NCBI RefSeq assembly: GCF_009914755.1
Contig: NC_060940.1
Reading direction: 5' to 3' (one strand)
Length of the DNA: 64,000 nucleotides
From: the human T2T-CHM13v2.0 reference genome, Homo sapiens
How positions within the stretch are numbered: position 1 is the stretch's first letter; each line of letters starts with the position of its first letter. Below, in pieces: positions 12,658 to 29,133 of the stretch. The notes beneath the pieces are model-generated. The model made no database searches, had not been told where the DNA came from, and worked only from the letters and a program-made list of their open reading frames with translations. Both the position numbers and the translations under genes were made by a program.

Positions 12658-14798
12658 GTGAGTGCATTGACCTCACAGCTGCACCTGACCACCAACCCTC
12701 GTGCCAGAGGTTGCCAGCACTCTCCTGCACACCTGTGGGTTAGTAAGAGCTGTTTGCCAAGAGTAGAAGAACAGGAGACAGCACGTCCACACTCAGGTCC
12801 CTGACTACTGAGAATGGAGAGATCTGGGGACGCTGGGCCGGCTCTCGTCCCCACATGCAGAATGACAGACTTAGTCATAGCTGAGCTCTGCAGGCCTCTG
12901 AACTGGAAACCCTGGTCTGGGGCGCAGAGCAGGGTCTCTGAAGGCAGCCAGAGCCGAGTGGGGATGTTACCTCTCCTTCCCTGGCTGTGAGGTGCTGAGG
13001 TGCGGGGAGTGTTGTGGAGGGAGGAGTAAGGGGTGGTGGCAGCAGTTGTGTTGTCAGTGCTCCCATCCTAACAGCAGGACCTTTGAGTGGCATCTCCCTG
13101 TCATGTTGAGCTGCGGTGCAGGGGAACTGGGATGGGCTCTGCTGTCCTCATGCTTCTCCCACGCCCAGGGTAGTGATAGGAGGAGTCACTGGGGCAGGTT
13201 CTTGAGGGGAAGGCGAAACGTGGTTTGTGACTCTCCACTTTTGACGAGATGCAGCGTCCCTCTTTGTTGGCCAGGCCATCTGGTTGTAGCCCTCAAGGCG
13301 TCCACCACATGGTTTGTGTGGCATTCGTGGGCAGGTCAGGCTTGCAGGGTGAAGACAGGCCCGTTTCACTGTGACGTAAAGTGCAGAGTGGCAGGTGTGT
13401 GGGCAGTCGGGTGAGGGCTCTATGGACAGGGAGGGAACTCCAGGTCCAGGAGATCATCCGCATGGGCTTAGCCCATGTGAAAGTCCTGGAGCAGCATTCC
13501 CCGAATCTAGTCCCCACAATGTTGAGACATTGGCAGGTGTTCCTTGAGGATTTTGTGGGTAGATACTTGAGGGACACCCTGGATCCAAAAAAGCTCAAAA
13601 CAGCTGTTTCTCACGGACACCTCCGCTACCCAGTATCCGAATGTGAATCGTGACTCTTGAGATGATGAACTCATGGGCAGGCTTTGGAGAATTCCAAGCC
13701 AAGCCATGATATGACTGGAAATTTTAGCCAAATATACACATAGACACAATTAATAGCGTAGACCTCCATCTCACAGTGTGTGGCGTTTCTCAAACCTGTT
13801 TGGCCCCAGAATCATTATTCAGGGCACACCTTGGACTCTGATGTTTCCCGAGAAGCCAGTCTCTGTCTCTTCCCCTGTTTGTGCGCATGTTCCTAAGTGC
13901 TGGGCTCTGTGGAGATGGGCGCTGCGTACGTGCCCTGAGGCAGCATGCTCACGCCATGCTGTTGAAAGGACGGGCCACAGCCCAGTGACAGGAGCCCCTT
14001 GGAGTCAGAAATCCAGAGTGTTAGCCTCACCCCAATCAGAATTTGCACCTTTAATAAAATCCTGGGCAACAGATGGCACTTGGGAGTGAGTAGCAGAGAA
14101 AGGGTGCAGTTAGTATTTGTGAAACGCTGCCCGTCGCGAGTAATGCAAACGTGTTCACCTTCAGAAAGAGCAGATCAGCGTTTAGCATGAGATTTTCCCG
14201 AGAGCCCTCCACTCAGAACGTGAGTATGTTTCTCAGCAGGTCCTCGTCATCTGGAAGGATGGGCTGAGGCATTTGTGGATGAAAGGGTCTGGTGGTAGGG
14301 CTAGCATGAAGGGGGCGGGGGTGGAGCTGGGTGGCCCTGGGATGAAACGGGTGGGAGCTGCTGATGGACATACAGGGGAAGGAGAATTACTCTTTGCTCT
14401 GCTTTTGAAAACAAATTTTAATTTGTCTGACATTTCCCATAATCAAAGCATAAAATTTCATTTACGCCATAGCTCTATTCAGAATTTTCCAGACTTCTTG
14501 CATTCACAGTGTCATGCAGTTCATTAAGGGATATTTCTGCAGGGTCTGCTGTGTGCAAACAATGGCCCCTGTCCTCATGAGGCTTCTACTCTAGAGCAGG
14601 ACGCAGACAATAAGCGCTGAAAACGGCACATTCTACGTATTTGCTCATGGGACAAGATCCCGGTGCCGAGGCCCTCCCGTCCTCCGTCTCCTCAGCTCTG
14701 TGCTGCCTCACTCACTCTGTCATGGCCACCACCTTGGTCGTGCTTTTCAGTCAAAGCCTCTTCCTGTCTCAGGGAACATGCCTGTTGCTTCTTTAAAA

Positions 14799-15290
14799 AG
14801 GAACGTACTCCCCATGTGTCCTCATGTCTCTGACGGGAACGTGCTCCCCACATGTCCTCAGGACTGATGGGAACGTGCCCTCACCACATGTCCTTGGGAT
14901 TCTGACGGGATCGTGCCCTCCACCTGTCCTCATTTCTCTGACGGGAACGTGCCCCCAGCTCTCCTCATGTCTCTGATGGGAACGTGCCCCCAGCTGTCCT
15001 CATGTCTATGACGGGAACGTGTCCCCCACCTGTCCTCATGTCTATGATGGGAACGTGTCCCCCACCTGTCCTCATGTCTGTGATGGGAACGTGCCCCCCA
15101 CCTGTCCTCATGTCTCTTGACGGGAACGTGTCCCCCACCTGTCCTCATGTCTATGACAGGAACGTGTCCCCCACCTGTCCTCATGTCTGTGACGGGAACG
15201 TGTCCCCCACCTGTCCTCATGTCTATGATGGGAATGTGTCCCCCACCTGTCCTCATGTCTATGATGGAAACGTGTCCCCCACGTATCCTC
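14799..15290 (+). repeat. ~36-bp minisatellite, ~14 copies
   Basis: Unit gggaacgtgtcccccacctgtcctcatgtctatgac/t; the 5' copies are more diverged. Confidence 0.95.
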
Positions 15291-15728
15291 GGGTTTTACC
15301 CCACCTCCCGCTCAGGTCCCAGTCCTTGGAGCACCCTCTCTGGCCTCCTTTTCCCGGCACTCTCTGTCCCCTCACTCTGCATCTGTTTCTGCAGGCTGCC
15401 CCCAGTGCCTGTGTCTGCTGCATACAGTCTGTCTACCTGTTGGGTGTCTTCCCCCATAGGTCTCATGGCGGGCGGGGGGACCAGCACCCTCACCCCAGCC
15501 ATCAGATGTGCCAGGCACATCATAGGCTCTCTGCGAGCACTTATCTAAAGAGTGTGCGGGCAGACGACAGGTGATTGTGATTCTGCACAGAGCCCTGGGC
15601 TGCCATCCCTAGCTTAGCTTCCTGCAGCGGGAGTCGATAGGAGCTTCTCGTCCTGTTTCAGGACCCGCCCTCCACTGAAGGGCCAGCAGGTCGCGGTGAC
15701 TTGTTCTTCCTGTCTCCTCTTCCTGCAG

Positions 15729-15893
15729 GTTGTGGATTCCCAGCTGGTGTGCATGATGAACGAAAACAGCATTGATTACATTTCTCGGTTCAATGACCTG
15801 GCCCAAGAGCTGTCCATCGCTGAGCCTGGCCGCCGAGAAGCTCTGTTTGATGGTGGTGGAGGCGGCCCCGCTGTCAGTGACCTGTCCCAGTGA
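15729..15893 (+). CDS. CRAMP1: CRAMP1 last coding exon (VVDSQLVCMMNENSIDYISRFNDLAQEL...SDLSQ*)
   Basis: ctctttcctgcag|GTT, TGA stop at 15891-15893; recognisable CRAMP1 C-terminus. Confidence 0.94.
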   Translation, partial: VVDSQLVCMMNENSIDYISRFNDLAQELSIAEPGRREALFDGGGGGPAVSDLSQ

Positions 15894-18800
15894 CCACACG
15901 TCCTGGTGGCGGATGAAGCCCTCTTCGAGCTAGAGAAAAATAGATAAGCCCAGCAGCCCCAGAAGATGGTCTGAACAGAGGCATCTCCGCACCCAAGACT
16001 GTGCAACGGGCAGGAACGTGGTCACAGAGCTGCTTCCCCACGAGCAGCAGGCAACGGCGTCCAAGGAGACTAGGATGAGTTCTTGGCAAGGGCCAGCGTT
16101 AGAAATCACTGTGGTACTAGAGCCGTTCTTCACCACGCCTGGGCCCATGTTAGGGTCTGCATAATGATCCCATTTCAGCCTGTGCTCTGCCTCGATTGTT
16201 GTGTTGGACATTCCGGTGGCATTTCCTTCTGAGACAAGGGAGTATGTGTGCCTTGGTGTAGTTGCTGTGCACTAGGAGCTGTGATCTCCCTCTCTGCAGG
16301 GAGGCCCCAGCCCCTGCTGCTTGCTTTCTGCCAAACCTGTGCTATGCATCAGCTGTGCCCTCTGTGGACTGTAACGGGCAGGACAGTTGGGTGTGGCCTG
16401 GGCTCATGCCTGGTGGTGTCACATCCCAAGGCAGCAAGAGCATGGATACCGATCACAGGGCTGCTGCGGAGTCGTGGGGCCCTGGGCTGGTGCCTCCCCT
16501 CCCTAGAGGTTTTGTTCGTACTCTTAACAGGGAGTGGGGTCAGGAAGAGTCCTGTACTATGCAGGTTGTGTGGACTTTACATGGGACCCTGCTAAGCTGG
16601 TTGAAAATGTTTTTCTTGTGTTTTAAGAATTAGGAGACATGGAAGAGGAAGAACAAAGTCCCCTCTGTAGTTGGTTTCCTTCCTGTGTCCCTTTGCAAGC
16701 TTCCAGGCGATCTAAGGTGTCATTTCTCCCTCCTGGGGTGACCCTTAGGCGCTAATATGATTACAGCGAAGACTTTCCTGATAAGTTCTCAAACTCGATG
16801 TGTGACTGTTTGGCACTTGAGACAAACCTGCCTTTGCAGGGAAAGTGTCTCTCACGGGCATTGGTGTGGGCGTGCCTGACATACGTGTTCAGTCCCTTGC
16901 ATACCTTTGCCTTGAGACTTCTGTGTCTCCTTCCCATTTGGGACACCCAGGTGAGGGCCCAGACATCTGGATGTGGTCAGACCTCACCAAATATATGCCT
17001 TCGTGGTGGTCTCCCTCCTTGCGCCCTCTTGGGTGGCCAGCGTTCCTACTGCAGACGGCCCAACATCCAGTCTTTCCCCAGGACAGAGCTAACAAGGGCC
17101 CCTTTGCCTTCTCATCCTCAGGAGTTCCAGGCACATGAGTCACCGTCCATCCACATCCAGTGTGGCCTGGAGCTGCTACAGAGGTGTTGGGCAGGCCATG
17201 CCTGTGCCGCCATCTCTCCCTTCCTGCCTCATTTCATCCCCCGCAGCAGCCGGGATTGATTGTGCTTTCCTAACCCCCTTGGACCTACTCTCCCTCCTCC
17301 CCACCATTCCTCTTCCCCCACATGTGTGGCACGCTGCAGCCCTCAAGGCCAGCCCTGGCCCCTCCACTGCTTCTCTCCCCATCCACAATGGAGAAGGTGA
17401 AAAGAGGAGGGAAAGGCCTTTGGTGTGGACAAGCATGTGGACGCCCTCCGTCCTGCAGTCTTGCCAGCCCACCACAGCCACTGTAGACCACAGGCAGGCC
17501 GTGTACTGCACCACTGGGAGGACGTGGAGAGGACAGTGAACTTCCAGGCAAGAGCTTCCTTCTTTTGTCTCACGAGTTTTTCTTAGAGCTCTTGCCTGAG
17601 CTGGCTTCCCTCCTTCAGACATTGACATGAGATCTTAAGCAAACAGTCCCAAACCTCTTAGGGGTGAAAAAAGAAACATGCCACTTGATTAGGAGAGAGA
17701 CAGCAGTGTTTGAACTACAGCATCTTTACACTAGCTTGTGTTTTGTGCTACGTATACCAGCTTCCAAAATTAGCATCTCATTGAGCCAGAGAAGACAAGG
17801 AGATCTCCCTCTGGGCATCTGGCTTTGCTGCGTCTCTAGAGGGTTAGGATACCAGGCCGAGTTCAGGCCACTGCTAGCTTTCTCATACTCCCACAGGCTA
17901 GACCAGAGATGCCAAGTCCCAACAGCACTGAGCTGTGTGCACTGTGCCAGGGACAGGAGGGTTTGTGAACTGCCTGTCAGGGTACCTGTTAGCCCCTGAC
18001 AACTCAGTGGGGTGAAGTTTTGGAGGTCAGAGTCTGCTTTCGTAGGCTCTTTAGACAGCACCTACCACTTGGTTCTCCAGCGTAGACTCCTGGGAGCAGC
18101 CAACTGCAGCCATTGCCATCCAGTGGGGAGATGGGTTAGGGAGGAGGACGGGCTGACTCCTCTCCTGTAATAAAGCTGACAAGAGTTCTAGAGGATTCTG
18201 CTTCTCTAGTAACTAGACAGGTGATACGCATTTGCTTGCCACATTAAGGGAAAATGGTGTCATTTGTTGCAGAAAAACAATGGATACATTTTCTTCTGGC
18301 CTAAATGAATATTTATGTGCAAACATAGGCAACTGTTAAAGGCTGGAATTTTCAAAAGATCCAAACAGAGACTTCCTGCATCTTCTGCCTTTCCAACAGA
18401 AGCGGTGATCGTCTAAGTATGAGCCTGTGGCTTCCTTTGTGCATTTGAGCATGCTGTAATTAAGATGAGATCAGTTTCTTAGAAAAAGCTTTCCTGAATC
18501 CCTCTGACGTTGCCTGGGATCTTTCTGTTGATTCGTCTTTTCTGGAGATTGGGACAGAGCATCTGTGGTCCAGGGAAGTTAGTCCTCTGGCCTCAATTCT
18601 GTTGTGGATGTGCAGTGATAAGCGGGCATTGCGTGCCTCGGGGGATGCCTAGTTCGTGGCTTCCTGGCTGTTTTGTCCTTCTGTGTCTTGTAGCTGTAGG
18701 GTGCCAGCTCAGGGAGTGGGGTGTTGGCGGCGTTTCCGCGGTTGGCCTCCTTGCTTTGCCGCACCTCCAGGTTCTGGGCATGAGAGGCCGTGGCCTCATT

Positions 18801-19008
18801 TCTGGTGGATAACCTTTTTAGTTTAATAGCATCTTTAATTAGATCACAGCATTGAATTCAAAATTTCTTCTGCAAAGAAAGTTGTGGGGCATAAGACACC
18901 GGGAATGAGGGAGGAGGAAGACAGTTGTGTTTTCTCTTTAAACCTTGAGCTCTAGCCGATGCATTTGTCAGGAAATACAGCACTTTGTCTTAAGAAAACA
19001 AGGAAGGA

Positions 19009-19305
19009 GGCCGGGCGCAGTGGCTCACGCCTGTAATCCCAGCACTTTGGGAGGCCGAGGCGGGCGGATCACCTGAGGTGGGGAGTATGAGACCACCCTG
19101 ACTAACATGGAGAGACCCTGTCTCTACTAAAAGTACAGAATTAGCCGGGCGTGGTGGCGCATGCCCATAATCCCAGCTACTGAGGAGACTTGAGGTAGGA
19201 GAATCACTTGAACCTCAGCGGCGGAGGTTGCAGTGAGTCGAGATCGCGCCAGTGCACTCCAGCCTGGGCAAGAAGAGCGAAACTGGGTCTCAAGTTAAAA
19301 AAAGA
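19009..19305 (+). mobile_element. Alu within the CRAMP1 3'UTR
   Basis: Consensus; TSD aagaaa(a/g)caaggaa. Confidence 0.93.
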
Positions 19306-19640
19306 AAGCAAGGAAAGAGTAATTTACAACGAAGGAAAAAAACCCACAGCACACCCTTCGCGGCTGTCAGCGCTCTCCTGATGTCACAGTGGCTGCGTGT
19401 CCTTGGGGTGGGTGAGGTGTGGGGAGCCCAGCCCCTGGCCCTGCCTCCCGCGCCCCGCTCCCCTTCTCTCTCTTACTCGGTTAAGCCATAGCGAGGCCTC
19501 CGCTCGTTTCAGATATGAATTTGTTTTATAGATTATAAATATGCATATACAGTGTATGTATAAAGCAGAATGCCTGCCTTTCCTGGTTATTTTTTGTACC
19601 ATATTGTAAATTATATTATTTATTCTTTACCAATTTTGGG

Positions 19641-19646
19641 AATAAA
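19641..19646 (+). terminator. CRAMP1: CRAMP1 distal polyadenylation signal AATAAA
   Basis: AATAAA with upstream TGTA motifs and U/GU-rich downstream sequence; CATAAA/AATACA variants at ~19730-19739. Confidence 0.75.
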
Positions 19647-19779
19647 AGGTGTTTTGGTTATTTAATATAATAAGAGCTGTTAAACTTCTGTTTAAATTTC
19701 CAGTTCAACTTGTAAATGTTTTTATTGTGCATAAATACATACTAATGTTGATCTAAGGACTGTCGTTTGTGCCTGTTCT

Positions 19780-20750
19780 TCAGGGCCGCGCGCCCATGCC
19801 CGCAGTCCCTGGTCGGGCAGGTGCGGCCCAGGTGCGGCCCCGCGGTCGGCTCGCGGGCTCCCGCAGACCGGGCTTCCTCCCGAGGGCGCGGCCGTCCCAG
19901 GGCCCGCCCGGCCCGCCGCCCAATGCGAGCTCCCACCTCCGCGAGCGGCGTCGCCTTCCCCAATCGGCTGCGGGCGCGGCGCCGACCGTTCAAAGCCTAA
20001 GTCGTCGGGGGTGGGCGTGAGGGGCGGTGGCCGCGCTGAGATAGGCTGCGGAGGGATGATTGGCGTCTTGGCGCCCAATGGGCGCTGGCGGGCGGCCTTG
20101 AGTACCTGCGCTGGGCGGGCGGGAACGGCGCGCGGCGAGCTGAGGGTGGCGGCGGTCGACATGTTCCAGGTCCCGGATAGCGAGGGCGGCCGCGCCGGCT
20201 CCAGGTGCGGCGCGGGGCACACGGGAGGCGGGCGGATAGCGCGACCACGTGGCGGGAGCGGGCCAGCCCAGGGCGTCCACCAGCCGTGTGGGGTTGGGGT
20301 GGGGTTGGGGGGCAGGGCGACCTCACAGAGGCCCTCGGGGCCGCCGCCCGCCTTTCTGCGCCGCCGCCAGACCGAGGCCCGAAGCCCGAGGGGCCGCTCG
20401 CTGAGGCCCGGGCTGTGGAGAGCTGCCCGCGACCGAGGCCGAGGGCGGGGAGGGGCGCCCGGGCTCTGGGAACAAAGCTGTGTGGAGGGCGGGCTGCGCT
20501 CCCTCGCGCCTGGGCGCCCGCGTTCCGTGTGGTGCGTTCCGTGGGGGGTTTCCTGGGGGCGGGGTGTGCCCGTGGGTGCGGCCCATTTTGTCTGTGGGAT
20601 GCGTGTCCATGTTCCCGGGGGGGTGTCCCTAAGGGGTGTGCGGCGATGTGTTCGTGGGGGGTGTCTGGCCATGCCCCCGCTCCTGTGCGTGTGGCCGTGT
20701 GCCCGTGTCCCTGGTGTGTGTGTGGCCTGTGCCCTGCCCATGGCCGCGCT
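19780..20750 (+). promoter_or_regulatory. JPT2: CpG island / JPT2 promoter with CCAAT boxes (19920, 19960, 20075; ATTGG 20059), GC boxes, E2F-like TTGGCGC (20068)
   Basis: Very high GC and CpG density spanning exon 1; motifs read directly. Confidence 0.9.
20161..20204 (+). CDS. JPT2: JPT2 (HN1L) exon 1 coding part (MFQVPDSEGGRAGS)
   Basis: gacATGt start, CAG|gtgcgg donor; 44 nt, phase 2. Confidence 0.95.
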
Positions 20751-21152
20751 TCCACTAGTTCATGTGAGTCCACTTCCTTTGGAAAGTGCCAGGGCGTCTG
20801 GGGAAGAGTCAGTTCTATCTCCTGGGAAGGTGGATGGCGCTCCTGGGCTTCGCTGTAGGAAGAAGTGGATTGGGACGAAGATATCCTGACTCAGCTTTAA
20901 TAGCCAGGAACACTGAGCACACTTTTCTTATGTTTTTGAACTTTTAAAGCACTCTTTGGGTATTGGGACTCGCATGAATTAGAGGGACAGAGCTTACAAG
21001 GTCTTTCGTGCCACTTGAGCAGTAAACTTGCATTGTGAAGTTTGGGTCTTCAGATGCCTGAGGTTTTCTGTATGATGAGCCCCTCTGTGGCACAGCCTCG
21101 CCAGAGAAGTAGAAGAGAATATGTGTGCCATGACTGTTAAGACCAATACTAT

Positions 21153-21185
21153 ATTGCTTCTCAGCCTTTTGGCTATGATCAAGTG
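21153..21185 (+). pseudogene. 3'-truncated U2 snRNA retropseudogene
   Basis: attgcttctcagccttttggctatgatcaagtg matches U2 nt 1-33 at 30/33; flanked by the direct repeat aagac(c/a)aatactat. Confidence 0.88.
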
Positions 21186-21257
21186 AAGACAAATACTATA
21201 TTGAATAAATACTAAGTAAAAGAATTGCTCCAACTTGCTAAAAATAAAAACCCTTTA

Positions 21258-21920
<663 letters not shown>

Positions 21921-23868
21921 TCATCCATGGAACAGTGATTATTATGCCTAGGTCTGCACCGATGTGGGACCAGGAGTTTAAACTAGTGCTCAGAGCGAAT
22001 CCGGTTTCTGGTTCCTGGTGGCCAGAGTTTTGCACCACCCACATCAGTGGGGGGAGGGACTGCATCCCCAGCCCTGTCCCAGTTGTGTGCATTTAGTACG
22101 TTTCCTTTTTGTTTGTGCTGCCTGGCACTGGCTGCCCGGTAAATGATGGTGTTTATTATCACCCTGAGCGACGCCGATGTTTTTATATTGACTTTCACGC
22201 TCCAGAAGTTAGCTGCACAGGGCCGCACTAAAGTCATACTCACACTACCCTGGGGGACTGGTTTCTGGACAAGGTGTTGAGAAAGGGAGAAAACTCTTCC
22301 TTTTAGGATGGTGAGGAAGGAAAGCCGGTCTGAACTGGATGATGAGGTATCACTGGAAGCTTCTGCTTGGGGTCCACCAGACGCTGCACATTTGCCACTC
22401 ATCTGAACGGGGTCGAGTCGCAGGGCGGGCGCCTTGTAAGCGTCACATTTAGTTTTGCTGTGAAGCGAGTCAGGTGGTGGCTGTAAGATTACCTAGCCAG
22501 GTTTTCCTCTCCTGAGACCTCACATCTCTCCTTTCCTTGCTGAGGGATTGTCTTGTGTTAAAGGGGTTTCGTAAAAGCGTTATGCTTTAGCCGCGATTAA
22601 CCTGAGGTCTTCCTTCAAGCTGGAACATTTCTATTTGTAAGGAATTTAATCCAAGTTTATTTCTCACTGCTTCTCTCTAAGCCTGACCAGTCCCCTCATC
22701 CTTTCTGAAACTCGGGGACAAACTATTAGAGAGGGTCAGGAGCATGGAGACCCCCGAGGAGGGTCACACAGCTTTTCCCTACCTCTCCAGTGCTGCAGTC
22801 CACTCCAGCTGTGTGAGGTTTTTCTTCTCCTGTGCGCTTGAGTTTCTCTTGTGTGTTTTGAATATCTTCACTGAAATATATGGAAGGGGTACCACAAAAG
22901 GCAAAAAATAATTGGGAAGCACCCCCCACTCACATTGTGAATTTGTCCCCAAATGTGTGAGCTCTAGCGTTCCCCCTCCCCCTATTAGTGTCATAGTGGT
23001 AAGTGCCTGTAGCCTAGAGAAAGCCACACTGCGCCATTGTTGTCGGGCTGTTTTTGTTGAAAGGTCTATTGAACGCTCAGTTCCATTCATCCGAGACCCC
23101 TTTGAGGCAGCCCAGCCCTGCGGTCTGTGTGAAACCTGCAGTGGGACCTGTTGCCTTTGTGACCGAGATAGCCGCTGCCCCTTGCCTGGGGCTGGGCCTG
23201 TGTGCGCCATAATTTCTGCTAAAACCGTCTTTGGTACCACTTTTTTTTCTTTGCTTGTTTTCAAATAAAATTCAGAAAAGCACATAGAACAATATTAAAT
23301 ATTGTGTTTCCATCACCCCAAAGTAACACTGGTCATTGCAAGTAACTACCACTCACCTCCTGCGCCCATTGGTCCCCATTCCACATGGAGGCCACAGACT
23401 CAATTTGGGTTTCACCTCTTCCAAATTTTGGAGTCCCGATGGCACTAGGCGTCTGTCACGTCACTCACACAGACACTGAAACCACCTGTGCAGAGCTCTA
23501 GCTTTCCTGTTTAAACTTGAAGCTCCTCCGGGGTAAGGACTTGCTTTCCTCTATCTACGGCGTCTGGGGAAGGATTGCCAATGATAGGTGCTCGAGAGAT
23601 GTGCAAGTTGAACTGAAGCAAGGGTGAAAGGCAGAGGAGACAGGAGACTGTGAATGTAGGGAATGTGGGGTCGGGAAAGAGTCCTACAGAGCTTGCAGTC
23701 AAGGCGAGTCTACCTGGAATCAGATCTGACAGTTTGTAGCACCTTGAGGGCTTGAGAGAAAAGCCATATTTGAAATAAGTCAGTAAAAGGAATTATAGCT
23801 CATGCTCAGCTCACATAAGACTTGATAAATTCAGTTCAGTTCGAAAGATTGCAGGCCTTCATCCCTTA

Positions 23869-25260
<1,392 letters not shown>

Positions 25261-25356
25261 CCCTTTCTCATTTAAGCTTGGTTATTGGTTATTTTTAAAA
25301 AATAATTTTTCTTAAGTGCACCTGTCTTTTTTTTTCTCCCTCCTCAAATCCTCCAG

Positions 25357-25440
25357 GAAATGGCAACTGCTGACAGGAAGTTTGGCATCCACCTCCCCCA
25401 GCCTCCTGAGTGGACAGGGGCCCTGGGCACCACTTCAGAG
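25357..25440 (+). CDS. JPT2: JPT2 alternative cassette exon, +28 aa (RKWQLLTGSLASTSPSLLSGQGPWAPLQ)
   Basis: Long pyrimidine tract ...aatcctccag|GAA, donor GAG|gtcggc; 84 nt, phase 2 to 2, no stop; would give 218 aa. Confidence 0.7.
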
Positions 25441-25724
25441 GTCGGCCAGCACACGCTTGGTTTCTGGGGTACAGTAGCCAGCCCGTGGGTCTCTGCAGGC
25501 GGAGACTGAAGCACTCTCTGCCTTCCTGCTTTATAGCAGGAGATCTGAGAACTCCATTCACATCCAGTCACAAGGAGCCCTCAGCGCTCTTTCTAGATCT
25601 TTTGAGGAGAAACTGTTATTTTTGTTAACCAAACCTTGAGTGGTCAGTGTTTGCAAAGCTTTCCAGTGAGATCTAACCTCATATCATAGTTTTTGTGTGA
25701 TGTTGAGCCCTGTAATTTCAAGTA

Positions 25725-26058
25725 TGGTCATCCTTGGTATCCTGCGGGAGTTGGTTCCAGGACCCCCAGGATGCCAAAATCCAAGGATGTGTAAGTCCTT
25801 GATATAAAGTGGTGTAATGTTTGCATATAACCTATGCACATCCTCCATATGCTTTTAAATCATCTCTAGGTTACAAGGTTACATATAATACCTAATACTA
25901 TGCACATAGTTGTTACACCGTATCACCTGGGGAATAATGACAGAAAAGAAGTCTGTAGATGTTCAGTACAGATGCAACCATCCTTTTATTTCTGACATTT
26001 TGATCTGAGGTTGGTTGAATCCATGGAAGCAGAGCCCGTGGATACAGAGGGCTGACTT
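25725..26058. mobile_element. MER2-like (Tigger-derived) DNA transposon
   Basis: Terminal inverted repeats gtcatccttggtatcc / ggatacagagggctgac; internal ttggttccaggacccc and gcatataacctatgcacatcctcc. Confidence 0.8.
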
Positions 26059-26307
26059 CGTTTCTAAACGTCTGGGATCACAGACAGTCCCATTGCTTAG
26101 GACTAGTGAGAGAGCATGTGCCACTCACTGGTTTAAATCTCAATTTCAGTAAGCCTCTCTCTCAAATGCATTTAAAAGTTTTTCCAGTTGTTATGAATTC
26201 AGCGTTTCACCGGTTTTTAATGTAGATAGTGCTCTAGAAATAGAGCTTTGTGGCAATTCCTTATTAGTTCTTAAGTTTAAGTTTTTACAATAAAAAGTGA
26301 TTCAAGA

Positions 26308-29133
<2,826 letters not shown>

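Larger units (their letters stand above)
15894..19740 (+). other. CRAMP1: CRAMP1 3'UTR
   Basis: Repeat-poor sequence after the stop codon, ending in an AU-rich block with AATAAA; the exact cleavage site is not visible. Confidence 0.8.

Noticed and set aside
14930-15574. Repetitive ORFs (MSMTGTCPPPVL)n, and the array as a CRISPR-like structure
   Set aside because: A simple minisatellite with no unique spacers; the frames shift between units
19722-20889. Long 200-340 aa ORFs on both strands
   Set aside because: Stop-codon depletion in a CpG island; only 20161-20204 fits the JPT2 splice chain
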